DNA from: Candidatus Woesearchaeota archaeon | GTDB lineage: Archaea; Nanobdellota; Nanobdellia; Woesearchaeales; ARS49 | Direction: 5' to 3' | Assembly: GCA_038891615.1 (NCBI GenBank) | Contig: JAWADY010000001.1 | Span: forward strand, 192,001 to 256,000 | Length of the DNA stretch: 64,000 nt | Part shown: in pieces, positions 19,259-29,898 of the stretch | Layout: every line of letters starts with the position of its first letter | Numbering within the stretch: position 1 is the first letter of the stretch | The notes under the pieces: generated by a model | What the model was told of the DNA's origin: nothing | Seen by the model: the letters and a program-made list of their open reading frames with translations, nothing else | Databases searched by the model: none | Translations under genes and position numbers: made by a program

Positions 19259-21061
19259 ATGACAGAAGTTTATCTTAATGGCAAGTTTGTCGGCGATGTT
19301 GAAAGTCCTGAAGATTTCATTAGACACATAAAAAGTGAAAGAAGGAAAGGATTGATAACCCAGAATCTTAATGTCTATTATGACAAAAGGCTCGAGAGGA
19401 TTGAAGTTGAAGCAGGTCATGGAAGGGTTAGACGACCATTGATAGTTGTGCGCGATGGCCAACCTCTTCTAACAGAAAAGCACATCAAACAACTTGAAGC
19501 AGGAGAAATAAAGTGGAGCGATCTTATCAGACAGGGAGTGATAGAGTATCTTGACGCGTCTGAAGAAGAAGATGCGCTTGTTGCATTTTCTCCAAAAGAG
19601 CTAACGCCAGAACACACTCATCTCGAGATTACCCCACTTGCAATGCTTGGCCTTGTAACAAGCCTTGTACCATATGCAAACTTCATCATGCCAGTTAGAT
19701 TGATAATCGGTTCAAAAAATCTCCGACAATCAATAGGTTTTTACACAGCGAATTATCCGTTGCGGATGGATATGGACATAGGTCTGTTGCACTATCCACA
19801 AGTTCCAATTGTAAAAACAGCCATGCATGACATTTCACACTATGAACGCTATCCAGCGGGCCAAAACATTGTTATTGCTGTGATTGGGTATGAAGGCTAT
19901 AATATGGAAGATGCAATAGTCATTAACAAAGGTAGCATCCAACGCGGTTTTGGAAGGTCGACCTATTTCCGTCCTGTCATAAGCGAAGAGTTACGCTATT
20001 CAGGAGGTCTAATGGATAGGATCTGCATACCTGATAAAGATGTCAAGGGCTATAGATCTGAAAAAGATTACAGATTTCTTGAAGATGATGGAATTGTTTA
20101 TCCAGAAGCCAGGGTAAAAGAAGGAGACGTCGTCATTGGAAAAACCTCCCCACCAAGGTTCTTAAGCGCATTTGAGGAGTATGGGCTGGCTGCAAACATA
20201 AGAAGGGAAAGCTCAGAAGTGCTAAAGCATGGCGAGGGAGGGATTGTTGATTTTGTACTAATTACTGAAAACGAGGAAGGCAACAAATCAGTGCAGGTGA
20301 GAATAAGGGATCAAATGATACCTGAAATTGGGGATAAATTCATTTCAAGACATTCCCAAAAAGGTGTTGTTGGATTAATTGTTCCGGAGAGCGACATGCC
20401 CTTTACCGCTTCAGGAATCAGGCCTGACATACTTTTTAGTCCACATTCGATACCTTCAAGAATGACTATATCGCATCTCCTTGAGCTTATTGGAGCAAAG
20501 GTTGGCGCGCTTGCCGGAAGGGAAGTAGATGCAACAGCCTTTGAAGGCGAGCCGGAAGAAGCGCTGAGACAGGAACTTCTTAGATTAGGTTTCAACGAGA
20601 AAGGTATTGAGACGATGTATAATGGAATTACCGGCGAACAATACAAAGTAAAAATATTCGTTGGCCCTATGTACTACTTGAAACTTAAGCATCTTGTTGC
20701 CAACAAGATACAGTCCAGGGCACGTGGGCCAATCCAGTTGCTTACAAGGCAGCCAACTGAAGGGCGGGCAAAAGAGGGAGGGCTGAGACTTGGAGAGATG
20801 GAAAAGGACACCTTTGTGGCGCACGGGGCTGCACTCCTGCTAAAAGAGCGTTTTGATTCTGATAAGACGGTAGTTCCAGTGTGTGAAAATTGCGGGCTAA
20901 TTGCCATCCACGACAGCTATAAGAAAAAACGCTATTGCCTGGTTTGTGGTGAAAATGTTGAGATAAATGATATTGAAATTAGCTATGCTTTCAAACTTAT
21001 GCTTGACGAACTAAAAGCTATGGGAATTTATCCGAAAATGAGTCTTAAAACAAAATACTGA
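19259..21061 (+). CDS. rpoB1: RNA polymerase subunit Rpo2C (B')
   Basis: GYNMEDA, GDKFISRHSQKG, GGLRLGEME, C-terminal Zn Cys pairs. Confidence 0.97.
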   Translation: MTEVYLNGKFVGDVESPEDFIRHIKSERRKGLITQNLNVYYDKRLERIEVEAGHGRVRRPLIVVRDGQPLLTEKHIKQLEAGEIKWSDLIRQGVIEYLDASEEEDALVAFSPKELTPEHTHLEITPLAMLGLVTSLVPYANFIMPVRLIIGSKNLRQSIGFYTANYPLRMDMDIGLLHYPQVPIVKTAMHDISHYERYPAGQNIVIAVIGYEGYNMEDAIVINKGSIQRGFGRSTYFRPVISEELRYSGGLMDRICIPDKDVKGYRSEKDYRFLEDDGIVYPEARVKEGDVVIGKTSPPRFLSAFEEYGLAANIRRESSEVLKHGEGGIVDFVLITENEEGNKSVQVRIRDQMIPEIGDKFISRHSQKGVVGLIVPESDMPFTASGIRPDILFSPHSIPSRMTISHLLELIGAKVGALAGREVDATAFEGEPEEALRQELLRLGFNEKGIETMYNGITGEQYKVKIFVGPMYYLKLKHLVANKIQSRARGPIQLLTRQPTEGRAKEGGLRLGEMEKDTFVAHGAALLLKERFDSDKTVVPVCENCGLIAIHDSYKKKRYCLVCGENVEINDIEISYAFKLMLDELKAMGIYPKMSLKTKY

Positions 21062-21090
21062 AAAGGCACAAAAAATAAAATAACAGCAAA

Positions 21091-23874
21091 ATGCCAAAAG
21101 CAAATCAGGAAGAATCAAGAAGGATTATCAAAGAAGAGGTTGTCTCTGAAGCACCAAAAAATGTTGCTGCTGAAGGGGCGAGTGAAAAGGCTATGGAAAA
21201 GGTTACAGAAGAAGCAGTCCGACTAGAGGGACAAGCAGTTAAGCCCGATGAGGGAGCAGCAAAAGAAGCTGTTGCAGAGGCGGAGAAAAAGCCAACGGAG
21301 GAGTTCTACGAAGAACACATCTTCAAGAAAATAGATATGCTACAATTTGGGATGTTATCACCAAAGATGATAAAAAAGATGGCGGCTGCTAAAATAGTAA
21401 CACCCGAGCTTTACGACAAAGAGGGCTATCCTGTTGATGGAGGGCTAATGGATGTCCGATTAGGCGTTATTGATCCAGGCTTGCGCTGCAAGACTTGTGG
21501 CTCAAAGTTGAAGGACTGTGTTGGGCACTTCGGCTACATCGAACTTGCCAGACCAGTCATACATGTGAAATTTGTTCCAATCATTGATATTCTTCTTAAG
21601 TCCGTATGCAAGGAATGTAGTAGGGTTTTGATACCAGAGCCAAAGCTTGAAAGTGCACGCGGTTATCTCAACAATGTTGAAGAGCGCGAAGGTATTGAAG
21701 CCAGGATGATGGCGGCAAAAGAGCTTATCACAAGATTGAAAATAAAAGTTTGCCCTTATTGCAAGAAGAAGATAGGAAAGATAACCCTTGAAAAACCAAC
21801 CACATTTATTGAAGGAGAAAAAAGGCTTTCTCCGATTGAGATAAGGGCAATATTTGAAAACATGAAGGATGAGGATTTGGAACTTCTTGGCTTGGATCCT
21901 AAAAGTGCAAGGCCTGAGTGGATGATACTGACAGTTCTTCCTGTTCCTCCTGTGACAATGAGGCCAAGCATAACGCTTGAATCTGGAGAACGCTCAGAAG
22001 ACGACCTCACCCACAAGCTAGGAGATATTGTCAGGATAAATCAGAGACTTTTTGAGAACATAAACGCAGGAGCTCCAGAAGTTATCATCGAAGACCTATG
22101 GGATTTGTTGCAATACCACATCACGACATATTTTGACAATTCAATACCACAACTTCCACCAGCAAGGCATAGGTCCGGTCAGCCTCTCAAGACGCTTACT
22201 GAGAGGATAAAATCAAAAGAGGGAAGGATAAGGCATAATCTCGCTGGAAAGAGGACAAACTTTTGTGCAAGGACGGTCATAAGCCCCGATCCCTTGCTTG
22301 AAATTGACGAGGTTGGAGTGCCCATAACGGTTGCACTAAAGGTGACAGTTGCTGAAACCGTTCAACCGTGGAATATTGATTATCTGAAAAAGTTTGTAGA
22401 AAGAGGACCAAGAGAATATCCAGGCGCCAACTATGTCATAAGGCCTGATGGAAAGAGAAAAAAGATAACCGATGAAACAAAACAGGCCCTTCTTGAAGAA
22501 CTTGCACCTGGTTATGTTGTTGAAAGACACCTTATTGACGGAGACATTGGTGTCTTGAACAGACAGCCATCCTTGCACAAAATGTCAATGATGTGCCATA
22601 GGATAAAGGTATTGCCCTACAGAACATTTAGAATAAATCCATGTGTATGCGCGCCATATGCAGCAGACTTTGATGGTGATGAAATGAATCTCCATGTACC
22701 TCAAACAGAGGAAAGCCGCGCAGAGGCCGAGTTGCTGATGCAAGTACAAACACAAGTGATAAGCCCAAGGTATGGTCTATCAATCATCGGCTGCATACAG
22801 GACGCAATAACAGGAAATTATCTTCTTACAAGTTCAAAGGAACCATTTTCCATTGAAGAAGCGGCATCGCTTCTTATTTCTGTTGGTGTGACCGACTTCT
22901 CAAGGTTGCCTAATAAAAAATCTGTAACTGGCAAAGAGATTTTTAGCGTCCTTCTGCCAAAGGATCTTGATTTTGTGGGGAAGTCAAAAAAGGGTGAAAA
23001 CGTTGTAATAAAAAATGGATGGCTGGTAGAAGGAACTATCGATGTTGCAACTATTGGAGGAGAAGGAGAAGGGATTCTCCTTAGAACGCTACACCAAAAA
23101 TATGGTGCAAAAAACGCTATTGAGATTCTTCACAAGATATTCATGCTTGGAAATGAATACCTTATGCGTAGAGGTTTCACTACAGGAATTGCTGATACCG
23201 ACCTTACGGAAGTTGGCAAAGAAGCGATAATGACTCTGCTAAGCGAGGCTGAATTGGATGTGCAAAAGCTCATCCAAATCTATGCCGAAGGTAAGCTCGA
23301 AGCGTTCCCAGGCCGTACACTTGAAGAAACGCTAGAACTCAAGATACTTGAACTTTTGAACAGGGTGAGAAATAAGTGTGGGCTTGTCGTAAGTGAGATA
23401 ACTCCGTCGGATAACGCAACAAAGATAATGGCAGACTCAGGTGCGCGAGGAAGCTTGCTTAATCTTACAATGATGGCTGCTTGTGTTGGACAGCAGGCTC
23501 TGCGCGGAAAAAGAATAAGTTATGGTTATAAGGGCAGAACTCTATCGACTTTTAAGCGCGGAGACCTTGGACCTGACGCAAGAGGCTTCATAAGGTCGAG
23601 CTACAAATCAGGGTTAAATCCAAAAGAATTCTTTTTTGGAGCAATCACCGGCAGGGATAGCCTTATGGACACCGCGCTAAGAACCCCTAAGTCAGGATAC
23701 CTTTACAGACGCCTTGCAAACGCCCTTCAAGATATCAAGGTAGAATATGATGGTACTGTAAGGGATGCTACTGGCAGAATAATCCAATTTGAGTATGGTG
23801 AAGATGGTCTTGACGTCTCAAAAACAGAACAAGGAAAAATAAATGTGGATAGGATAATTGCGATACTTGGTTGA
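21091..23874 (+). CDS. rpoA1: RNA polymerase subunit Rpo1N (A')
   Basis: GHFGYIEL, NRQPSLH, ADFDGDEMN, SGYLYRRL; acidic N-terminal extension. Confidence 0.97.
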   Translation: MPKANQEESRRIIKEEVVSEAPKNVAAEGASEKAMEKVTEEAVRLEGQAVKPDEGAAKEAVAEAEKKPTEEFYEEHIFKKIDMLQFGMLSPKMIKKMAAAKIVTPELYDKEGYPVDGGLMDVRLGVIDPGLRCKTCGSKLKDCVGHFGYIELARPVIHVKFVPIIDILLKSVCKECSRVLIPEPKLESARGYLNNVEEREGIEARMMAAKELITRLKIKVCPYCKKKIGKITLEKPTTFIEGEKRLSPIEIRAIFENMKDEDLELLGLDPKSARPEWMILTVLPVPPVTMRPSITLESGERSEDDLTHKLGDIVRINQRLFENINAGAPEVIIEDLWDLLQYHITTYFDNSIPQLPPARHRSGQPLKTLTERIKSKEGRIRHNLAGKRTNFCARTVISPDPLLEIDEVGVPITVALKVTVAETVQPWNIDYLKKFVERGPREYPGANYVIRPDGKRKKITDETKQALLEELAPGYVVERHLIDGDIGVLNRQPSLHKMSMMCHRIKVLPYRTFRINPCVCAPYAADFDGDEMNLHVPQTEESRAEAELLMQVQTQVISPRYGLSIIGCIQDAITGNYLLTSSKEPFSIEEAASLLISVGVTDFSRLPNKKSVTGKEIFSVLLPKDLDFVGKSKKGENVVIKNGWLVEGTIDVATIGGEGEGILLRTLHQKYGAKNAIEILHKIFMLGNEYLMRRGFTTGIADTDLTEVGKEAIMTLLSEAELDVQKLIQIYAEGKLEAFPGRTLEETLELKILELLNRVRNKCGLVVSEITPSDNATKIMADSGARGSLLNLTMMAACVGQQALRGKRISYGYKGRTLSTFKRGDLGPDARGFIRSSYKSGLNPKEFFFGAITGRDSLMDTALRTPKSGYLYRRLANALQDIKVEYDGTVRDATGRIIQFEYGEDGLDVSKTEQGKINVDRIIAILG

Positions 23875-23881
23875 GGTGAAA

Positions 23882-25042
23882 ATGCATCCAGAACTAGAAA
23901 AATACAAGGGCCTGATGCCTCCTTCCATTCTTGCCGAAATCGAAGAGAAGTGTCCAGCAAGCAAAATAAAAAAGGTTGCGGAGAAGGTTTATGAAGAATA
24001 CAAAAGTGCAAGGATTGATGCAGGGGAAGCGATTGGCATTGTGACAGCAGAATCACTTGGAGAGCCAGGCACCCAGATGACTTTGAATGTTTTCCACTTC
24101 GCAGGAGTTTCTGAAATGAATGTTACAATGGGCTTGCCAAGACTTATAGAGATATTTGACGGTAGAAAAACACCAACCACACCAATGATGGAAATATATT
24201 TGAAAAGTCCTTACAATAGCGGCAAGAACATTCGTGAGCTTGCGCTTTCAATCAAAGAAACAAAACTTGGGGAACTTGTGCCGGAGTTTGTCATGAACAT
24301 AGTCGATATGACAATCGAGGTCTCTCCGAATCCTGAAAAGCTAAAAAGCAGAGGACTGACTCTTGCACAGGTTGCAAAAGCTATAGAGACAGGGGTGCGC
24401 GAGGCAAGCACAAAGCTAAAGGAGGGCGTGATTATCATAAAGCCAAAGAAGTCTGAAGAGCAGACGCTGAATGCTTTGTACAGACTCAGGGAAAAACTCA
24501 AGGAAGTTTACGTCCACGGCGTGAAAGGAATAAACCAGGTCCTTCCTGTGAAAAGAAAGGATGAGTATGTTATAATCACTTCAGGCTCAAATCTTAGGAA
24601 GATTCTTGAGCTCGACTTTGTGGACCAAACAAGAACAACCACCAACGACATCTTTGAGATAGCTGAAGTACTTGGAATTGAAGCGGCCCGCAGAGCAATC
24701 CTCGAAGAGGTAAACAAAGTCGTTGCAGCGCAAGGACTTAATGTTGATATCCGTCACATCATGCTTGTTGCAGATACGATGTGTGCGGGCGGAACAATAA
24801 AAGGTGTAACACGCTATGGGGTTGTAAGTGAGAAAGCAAGTGTTCTTGCGAGAGCTTCCTTCGAAACTCCAATAAAGCACATCATCGATGCGTCGCTCAT
24901 TGGTGAGGTGGATGAGCTGAATTCTATTGTTGAAAATGTTATGATTAACCAGCCAATGCCTGTTGGCACGGGCCTTCCAAGTCTTGTCACAAAAATAATA
25001 AAGGAAGCTATGGCAAAGCCTGAAGGAAAGGAGAAAGAGTGA
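23882..25042 (+). CDS. rpoA2: RNA polymerase subunit Rpo1C (A'')
   Basis: GEPGTQMTLNVFHFAGV, GLPRLIE, RASFET; SD GAGGTGA before ATG 23882. Confidence 0.97.
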   Translation: MHPELEKYKGLMPPSILAEIEEKCPASKIKKVAEKVYEEYKSARIDAGEAIGIVTAESLGEPGTQMTLNVFHFAGVSEMNVTMGLPRLIEIFDGRKTPTTPMMEIYLKSPYNSGKNIRELALSIKETKLGELVPEFVMNIVDMTIEVSPNPEKLKSRGLTLAQVAKAIETGVREASTKLKEGVIIIKPKKSEEQTLNALYRLREKLKEVYVHGVKGINQVLPVKRKDEYVIITSGSNLRKILELDFVDQTRTTTNDIFEIAEVLGIEAARRAILEEVNKVVAAQGLNVDIRHIMLVADTMCAGGTIKGVTRYGVVSEKASVLARASFETPIKHIIDASLIGEVDELNSIVENVMINQPMPVGTGLPSLVTKIIKEAMAKPEGKEKE

Positions 25043-25318
25043 ATGGCAGAGGATGTCATTTCTGAAATAAAAAAAGCTGTCGAAACAGGAAAAGCAATTA
25101 TCGGCAAAAAGGCAACTTTGAAAGCTCTCAGAGCTGGAAGGCTTTCTAAAGTTTTCATCACTTCGAACTGTCCAAAAGATTTAAAGGAAACTATCGAAAG
25201 ATATAGCTTAGTTGCAAAGACTGAGATTATTCGACTTCCTTTTCCAAACACGGAGCTTGGGACTGTTTGTAGAAAACCTTTTTCTGTTTCAGTGATTGGT
25301 TACAGGCGGGAGAAATGA
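25043..25318 (+). CDS. rpl30e: 50S ribosomal protein L30e
   Basis: ELGTVCRKPF; operon position. Confidence 0.93.
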   Translation: MAEDVISEIKKAVETGKAIIGKKATLKALRAGRLSKVFITSNCPKDLKETIERYSLVAKTEIIRLPFPNTELGTVCRKPFSVSVIGYRREK

Positions 25319-25353
25319 TAGTTTTAGGAGAGCTTGAAAAATAGCAAGAAAAA

Positions 25354-25767
25354 ATGAGAATAAAATACGGCGCAAAAGAAATAGGTTACATGTCAGTTTT
25401 TGAAGGAACAACTGGCGCAAAAGCGATTGATTGCATCGTAATCAAAGATATGGCATTTTTTGTTGTGAAAAGCGAAGAGGTTTCAAAAGCCATCGGGAAG
25501 GGTGGTGAGAACATACACCTTCTTGAGAGACTGCTTAGAAAACGTGTCAAGGTTGCACCACTCTATGACGATGTGGCAAGATTTATAAAGGGACTTGTTT
25601 CGCCATTAAAAATAGCCCAATTCAGGATGGAGGGTAACATTGCGGTCATCACCCCTCCTGATCTAAAAACAAGGGGCTTTTTGATAGGAAGAGCAGCAAC
25701 AAACCTTCGCATGCTGGAAGCTGTTGTCAAAAGGCACTTCAAGATAGAAGAAATAAAGGTTGAATAA
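25354..25767 (+). CDS. nusA: Archaeal NusA (KH domains)
   Basis: AIGKGGENI, LIGRAATN; operon position. Confidence 0.92.
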   Translation: MRIKYGAKEIGYMSVFEGTTGAKAIDCIVIKDMAFFVVKSEEVSKAIGKGGENIHLLERLLRKRVKVAPLYDDVARFIKGLVSPLKIAQFRMEGNIAVITPPDLKTRGFLIGRAATNLRMLEAVVKRHFKIEEIKVE

Positions 25768-25806
25768 AAAACGCATTGTCTCGCGTGAAAATTTCCAACA
25801 AAAACA

Positions 25807-26235
25807 ATGGGAAACGGACTTGGAGCAGGAAGGTATCTGAAGAAGAGGCGATATTTAGATAGGCTGCACTCTAAACGATTTATCAGAAGGCTTTTTGCAC
25901 TCAAAAAGAAATCAGACCCTCTTGAAGGCGCAAGCCAAGCAAAAGGAATTGTTATCGAAAAGGTTCAGCTCGAAGCAAAGCAGCCAAATTCAGCAATGAG
26001 AAAGTGTGTAAGGGTGCAACTCATAAAGAATGGCCGCCAGGTGACTGCGTTTCTACCAAAGGATGGTGCGCAAAAAATGGTTGATGAACATGATGAAGTA
26101 ATAATAGAATGCATCGGCGGAGCAATGGGAAAGTCAAAGGGGGATATTCCTGGTGTGCGATGGGCTGTCATCAAGGTAAATGGGCAGTCGCTTGATGCAT
26201 TGTTAAAAGGTAAAATAGAAAAGGCAAGGAAGTAA
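25807..26235 (+). CDS. rps12: 30S ribosomal protein S12 (uS12)
   Basis: [24 protein letters not shown]. Confidence 0.98.
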   Translation: MGNGLGAGRYLKKRRYLDRLHSKRFIRRLFALKKKSDPLEGASQAKGIVIEKVQLEAKQPNSAMRKCVRVQLIKNGRQVTAFLPKDGAQKMVDEHDEVIIECIGGAMGKSKGDIPGVRWAVIKVNGQSLDALLKGKIEKARK

Positions 26236-26243
26236 AGGTTAAA

Positions 26244-26840
26244 ATGGAAATAAAAGCACTTGGCAGATGGTCTGTTAGCGGCATAGTGGTTGAGGACCCT
26301 GGATTGAAGCGTTACATATCCCTCAATCCAACAATTTTTCCGAAAACCGGGGCAAGATATGCAGGCAAGCGTTTTTACAAATCAAAAACATTTATTGTTG
26401 AAAGACTGATAAATAGGATGATGGTGACTGGTCACAAGGCAAAGAAGCATTTTATAACCTCGGGAAGATTTGGTGGCAAAGCAGCCACAATCACAAAGAT
26501 TGTTACAAACGCGCTTGCGCTTGTTGAGCAGCGTCTTAAGGAGAATCCAGTCAAGGTGCTTGTTAAGGTCATAGAGAATGCTGCCCCGCGCGAAGAGATT
26601 GTTGCAATAGAATACGGAGGCGCACGTTATCCCAAAGCAGTTGATTGCGCTCCACAAAGACGGATTGATGTTGCTCTGAAAAATATTGTTCAAGGTGCGT
26701 ACTGGAAGGCATTCAACAATAAGAAAAGGATTGCAGAGGCGCTTGCTGATGAGCTAATTGCAGCGTATCGTCTTGATGCAAAGTCAAATGCCATTGCAAA
26801 AAAATACGAGCTAGAACGACAGGCAGACAGCGCTAGATAG
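26244..26840 (+). CDS. rps7: 30S ribosomal protein S7 (uS7)
   Basis: ENAAPREE, AVDCAPQRRID, ELERQADSAR. Confidence 0.97.
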   Translation: MEIKALGRWSVSGIVVEDPGLKRYISLNPTIFPKTGARYAGKRFYKSKTFIVERLINRMMVTGHKAKKHFITSGRFGGKAATITKIVTNALALVEQRLKENPVKVLVKVIENAAPREEIVAIEYGGARYPKAVDCAPQRRIDVALKNIVQGAYWKAFNNKKRIAEALADELIAAYRLDAKSNAIAKKYELERQADSAR

Positions 26841-26919
26841 TTAATTCTCAAGCTTTCAAAAATAAAAAGCATATTCTGGAGTATACAAATCTTTTTAAAG
26901 CAGTAGCTACTTCAGAGGC

Positions 26920-26956
26920 GTAACGAGAGGAAGCCTTATGGGCTTCCCTCTGTTGC
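26920..26956 (+). promoter_or_regulatory. 5'-leader stem-loop of the S-layer-like gene
   Basis: GTAAC-GAG-A-GGAAGCC ... GGCTTCC-CTC-T-GTTGC hairpin about 20 nt after TTTTTAAA (26892-26899). Confidence 0.5.
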
Positions 26957-26978
26957 AAATCTAAAATAAAGTGGGGGA

Positions 26979-28391
26979 TTGGAAATGTTCAAGATGTCAA
27001 AAGGGCTCATTTTTGTGCTACTTGCAATAATCTTTGCAACATCAGTCTATGCCACGGCTTCTCTTAACTTTCCTACTGTTGCACTTGGAGGGCCATCACA
27101 AGAACGCAATAAAAATGCTTCCACTTCTGTTACAATAACAAACACTGGAGATGTAACACTCAGCAATTTGACATTTTCAACAAATGCTGACGCAAAGTAT
27201 GGTGTGACATTTTCAGGAAGCTGTATAAATGCACAATTGGCATCAGGCGGAACATGCACACTGACAACATCTGCTAGCGTCCCAAAAGATTTTGATGCGG
27301 TTGATTCTTCAAGCCTTCAAGAAAAGGCATTTCTGATAGGTACAATAACCGCATCGGCTAATTATTCCTCTGGAAATGGCTCGGTAATAATAACGACAAC
27401 AACAAACCTGACACTGCAAGCAGAGAATCAACTTGAACTTCGCAAAGTCAAGGTAATTGTTAATGGCATTGAGGATTCTGTCAGCGACGGCGATACTGTT
27501 AGAAAAATAAAGCCGGGTGATGAAATAGATATCGAGATAACCGTAAAAAATAACTTTGACGATTCAAAAAACGATGTGACCATAGAGAATGTTGAGGTTA
27601 AGGCAAAAGTTGATGATAATGACCTTGATATAGATGAGTCTGAAGATATAGGCGATTTAGATGCTGACGACTCTGATACAATCAGCTTCAACAACCTTCT
27701 TGTTGACGAGGAGGCTGACGGAACTTATGACCTAGTCATAAGCGCAACAGGAAGGGATGAAAATGGCGCACTTCACGCTGACAAGATGACTGTAAAGCTA
27801 AAGGTTGAGCGCGAAACACATGAAATCAAAATAACAAAGGCATTACTTACAAACAGCAAGCTTGCATGTGTAGAAGGCAGCATTACGGACACAACCGCAA
27901 GGATAAGCTTTGTAAACATTGGCAAACGCGATGAAAAAGAAGTTGCCATTTCTGCATCAATCGACAAGCTTGGCATTACAGCAAGAAAAGATGGCATAGA
28001 GCTTGAAAAGGACGACAGCTCGAGTATAAGCCTTTTACTTGACATTCCGGATAGCGCAAAAGCTGGAACATATGATGTTACAGTGACAAGTTATTATAAC
28101 AATGATGTGCCATCAGACACAAAGACAATCCCACTGCAGATAGAAAAGTGTGAGCAGCCACAAAACGCTTCTACGACCACAACAGCAACACCAACCACCC
28201 CAACAGCACCAACTACAACAGCGACAACTCAAGCCATAACAACACCAACCATCAGGCTTACAGAAAAAGCACAAAAGAGCACTCCATTTACAGAGACCCC
28301 AGCATATCTCTGGCTGCTGGGTGGAATAAGCGCAGGGATTGTGATTGTTATATTCCAACTCATCAGCAAGCTGCTGCTGGTGAGGAAGTAG
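26979..28391 (+). CDS. Putative S-layer / cell-surface glycoprotein
   Basis: Signal peptide, Ig/CARDB-like acidic beta domains, Thr-rich linker, C-terminal TM; start may be 26985 or 26994. Confidence 0.75.
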   Translation: MEMFKMSKGLIFVLLAIIFATSVYATASLNFPTVALGGPSQERNKNASTSVTITNTGDVTLSNLTFSTNADAKYGVTFSGSCINAQLASGGTCTLTTSASVPKDFDAVDSSSLQEKAFLIGTITASANYSSGNGSVIITTTTNLTLQAENQLELRKVKVIVNGIEDSVSDGDTVRKIKPGDEIDIEITVKNNFDDSKNDVTIENVEVKAKVDDNDLDIDESEDIGDLDADDSDTISFNNLLVDEEADGTYDLVISATGRDENGALHADKMTVKLKVERETHEIKITKALLTNSKLACVEGSITDTTARISFVNIGKRDEKEVAISASIDKLGITARKDGIELEKDDSSSISLLLDIPDSAKAGTYDVTVTSYYNNDVPSDTKTIPLQIEKCEQPQNASTTTTATPTTPTAPTTTATTQAITTPTIRLTEKAQKSTPFTETPAYLWLLGGISAGIVIVIFQLISKLLLVRK

Positions 28392-28602
28392 AAGAGAGGA
28401 AATTGAGAGAAGCGCTGGTTTTAATTTTTTCTTAATTTATTTTCACTTTTTTCATTTTTGAACGATAAAAAGGTCAAAGCAAGGGTTTTTTACGGCTGAA
28501 AGCATCAACTTTTCACTGTTGGTGTAAAGGTTACGACTTTTTCTGAGAAATGCAAATTAAGACTGCTTTGATGCCCTCTTGAAAACAGGAGGGAAGCGCT
28601 AA

Positions 28603-29886
28603 ATGAAACCAACTGCCTTCTTTTTTGCATTATTTGCCATGATATTTCTCATTCAAATAGGCTCAGTTGGCTTCGCTAAAATAGAAATAAGGCAAGTGCT
28701 TTATGATCCTATTTCTTCTGAAAATGGTGGCGAGGCAGTTCAACTTCATAACCCAGAGGACGAAGATGTAGATATCAGCGGCTGGGCGCTCTCAACCGAA
28801 GCAAGCAAGTATGACGCAAGGTTGCCTGAAGGTTCTGTTATTCCAGCCGGAGGTTATTTTCTTATTGCAGATACTGGCTGGTCTAGCGCTAAAGATGACC
28901 CAAACTGGCCTGAGGCTGATTATGAAGAATCGATAAATTTGTACAACAGCAACTCCGGAGTTGCCCTTCTCAAGGCAGACGGCACGGTTGTAGATGCGGT
29001 TGGATGGGGCGAGCTAAGCCAGATAAAGGCAGGTCTTTGGACAGGACGACCTGCAAAAGAGGTTAGTGAAGGCAAGGTTCTGTTAAGGACAAAAAGCACA
29101 GAAGATAATGCTGTTGATTTTGTGGAAGCAGATGCGGACTTTGGAACAATTCCACAAAATATAACAAAGCTAGAGCTAAGTATGGATATTGAAGGAGGAA
29201 TTTTGATAGAAGAAATTGAAATTAGCCCAGATGAACTAGATAAACCAGGTGTTCAGATTTACCCTCTAGCAGGCGGAACCAAGAATCTGACAATAAAAGT
29301 TAAAGTTGCAGCCAGCCAAACAGAAATTGAAAGGCTGACCCTAACAGCGGCCCTTGCAAACAAGACTATAGCATTGCATATGATGGCCCAACAAAATGAA
29401 ACAATAGCTTTATACGAAGGCACAATTCCAATAGAATTCACAAAAAAGCCATCCAATTATAGCATCACAATAAATTCGTTTATAGACCTCATTCAAATTG
29501 GAGAAGCCACAACGAGTTTTGAATGGATGCCGCTTGCGTCTTTTAAAATAATCGGCGAAAACAAAAAGATTAAGATAAGCGCGGCGCCCGGTGAACTGAA
29601 GAACATGCCTAATGCACTTGAAATAATAAATAATGGAAATGTTCCTATAGACATAGCTGCTTCGAGTACAGGGTTTGTGATGCAAGGAACAAACCAAACA
29701 CAAAAAGTTGCCGCGACCAACATAAGAATAAACTCAAAAGGCCTTGCCAACACCCCAAGAACAATACCCCTTGCAATTGCACCTGGCGATGTCGCAAGGC
29801 TAAATCTCAGCATAAATATTCCGCAAAAGGCAAAAAAAGGGAGCTACATTGGAGAGATAAAGTTATGGACAATACCAACGAAATGA
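28603..29886 (+). CDS. Secreted lamin-tail-domain protein with Ig-like domains
   Basis: IRQVLYDP...EAVQLHNP...VDISGW...IPAGGYFLI...VDAVGWG. Confidence 0.8.
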   Translation: MKPTAFFFALFAMIFLIQIGSVGFAKIEIRQVLYDPISSENGGEAVQLHNPEDEDVDISGWALSTEASKYDARLPEGSVIPAGGYFLIADTGWSSAKDDPNWPEADYEESINLYNSNSGVALLKADGTVVDAVGWGELSQIKAGLWTGRPAKEVSEGKVLLRTKSTEDNAVDFVEADADFGTIPQNITKLELSMDIEGGILIEEIEISPDELDKPGVQIYPLAGGTKNLTIKVKVAASQTEIERLTLTAALANKTIALHMMAQQNETIALYEGTIPIEFTKKPSNYSITINSFIDLIQIGEATTSFEWMPLASFKIIGENKKIKISAAPGELKNMPNALEIINNGNVPIDIAASSTGFVMQGTNQTQKVAATNIRINSKGLANTPRTIPLAIAPGDVARLNLSINIPQKAKKGSYIGEIKLWTIPTK

Positions 29887-29898
29887 GTCGTGAGAAGC

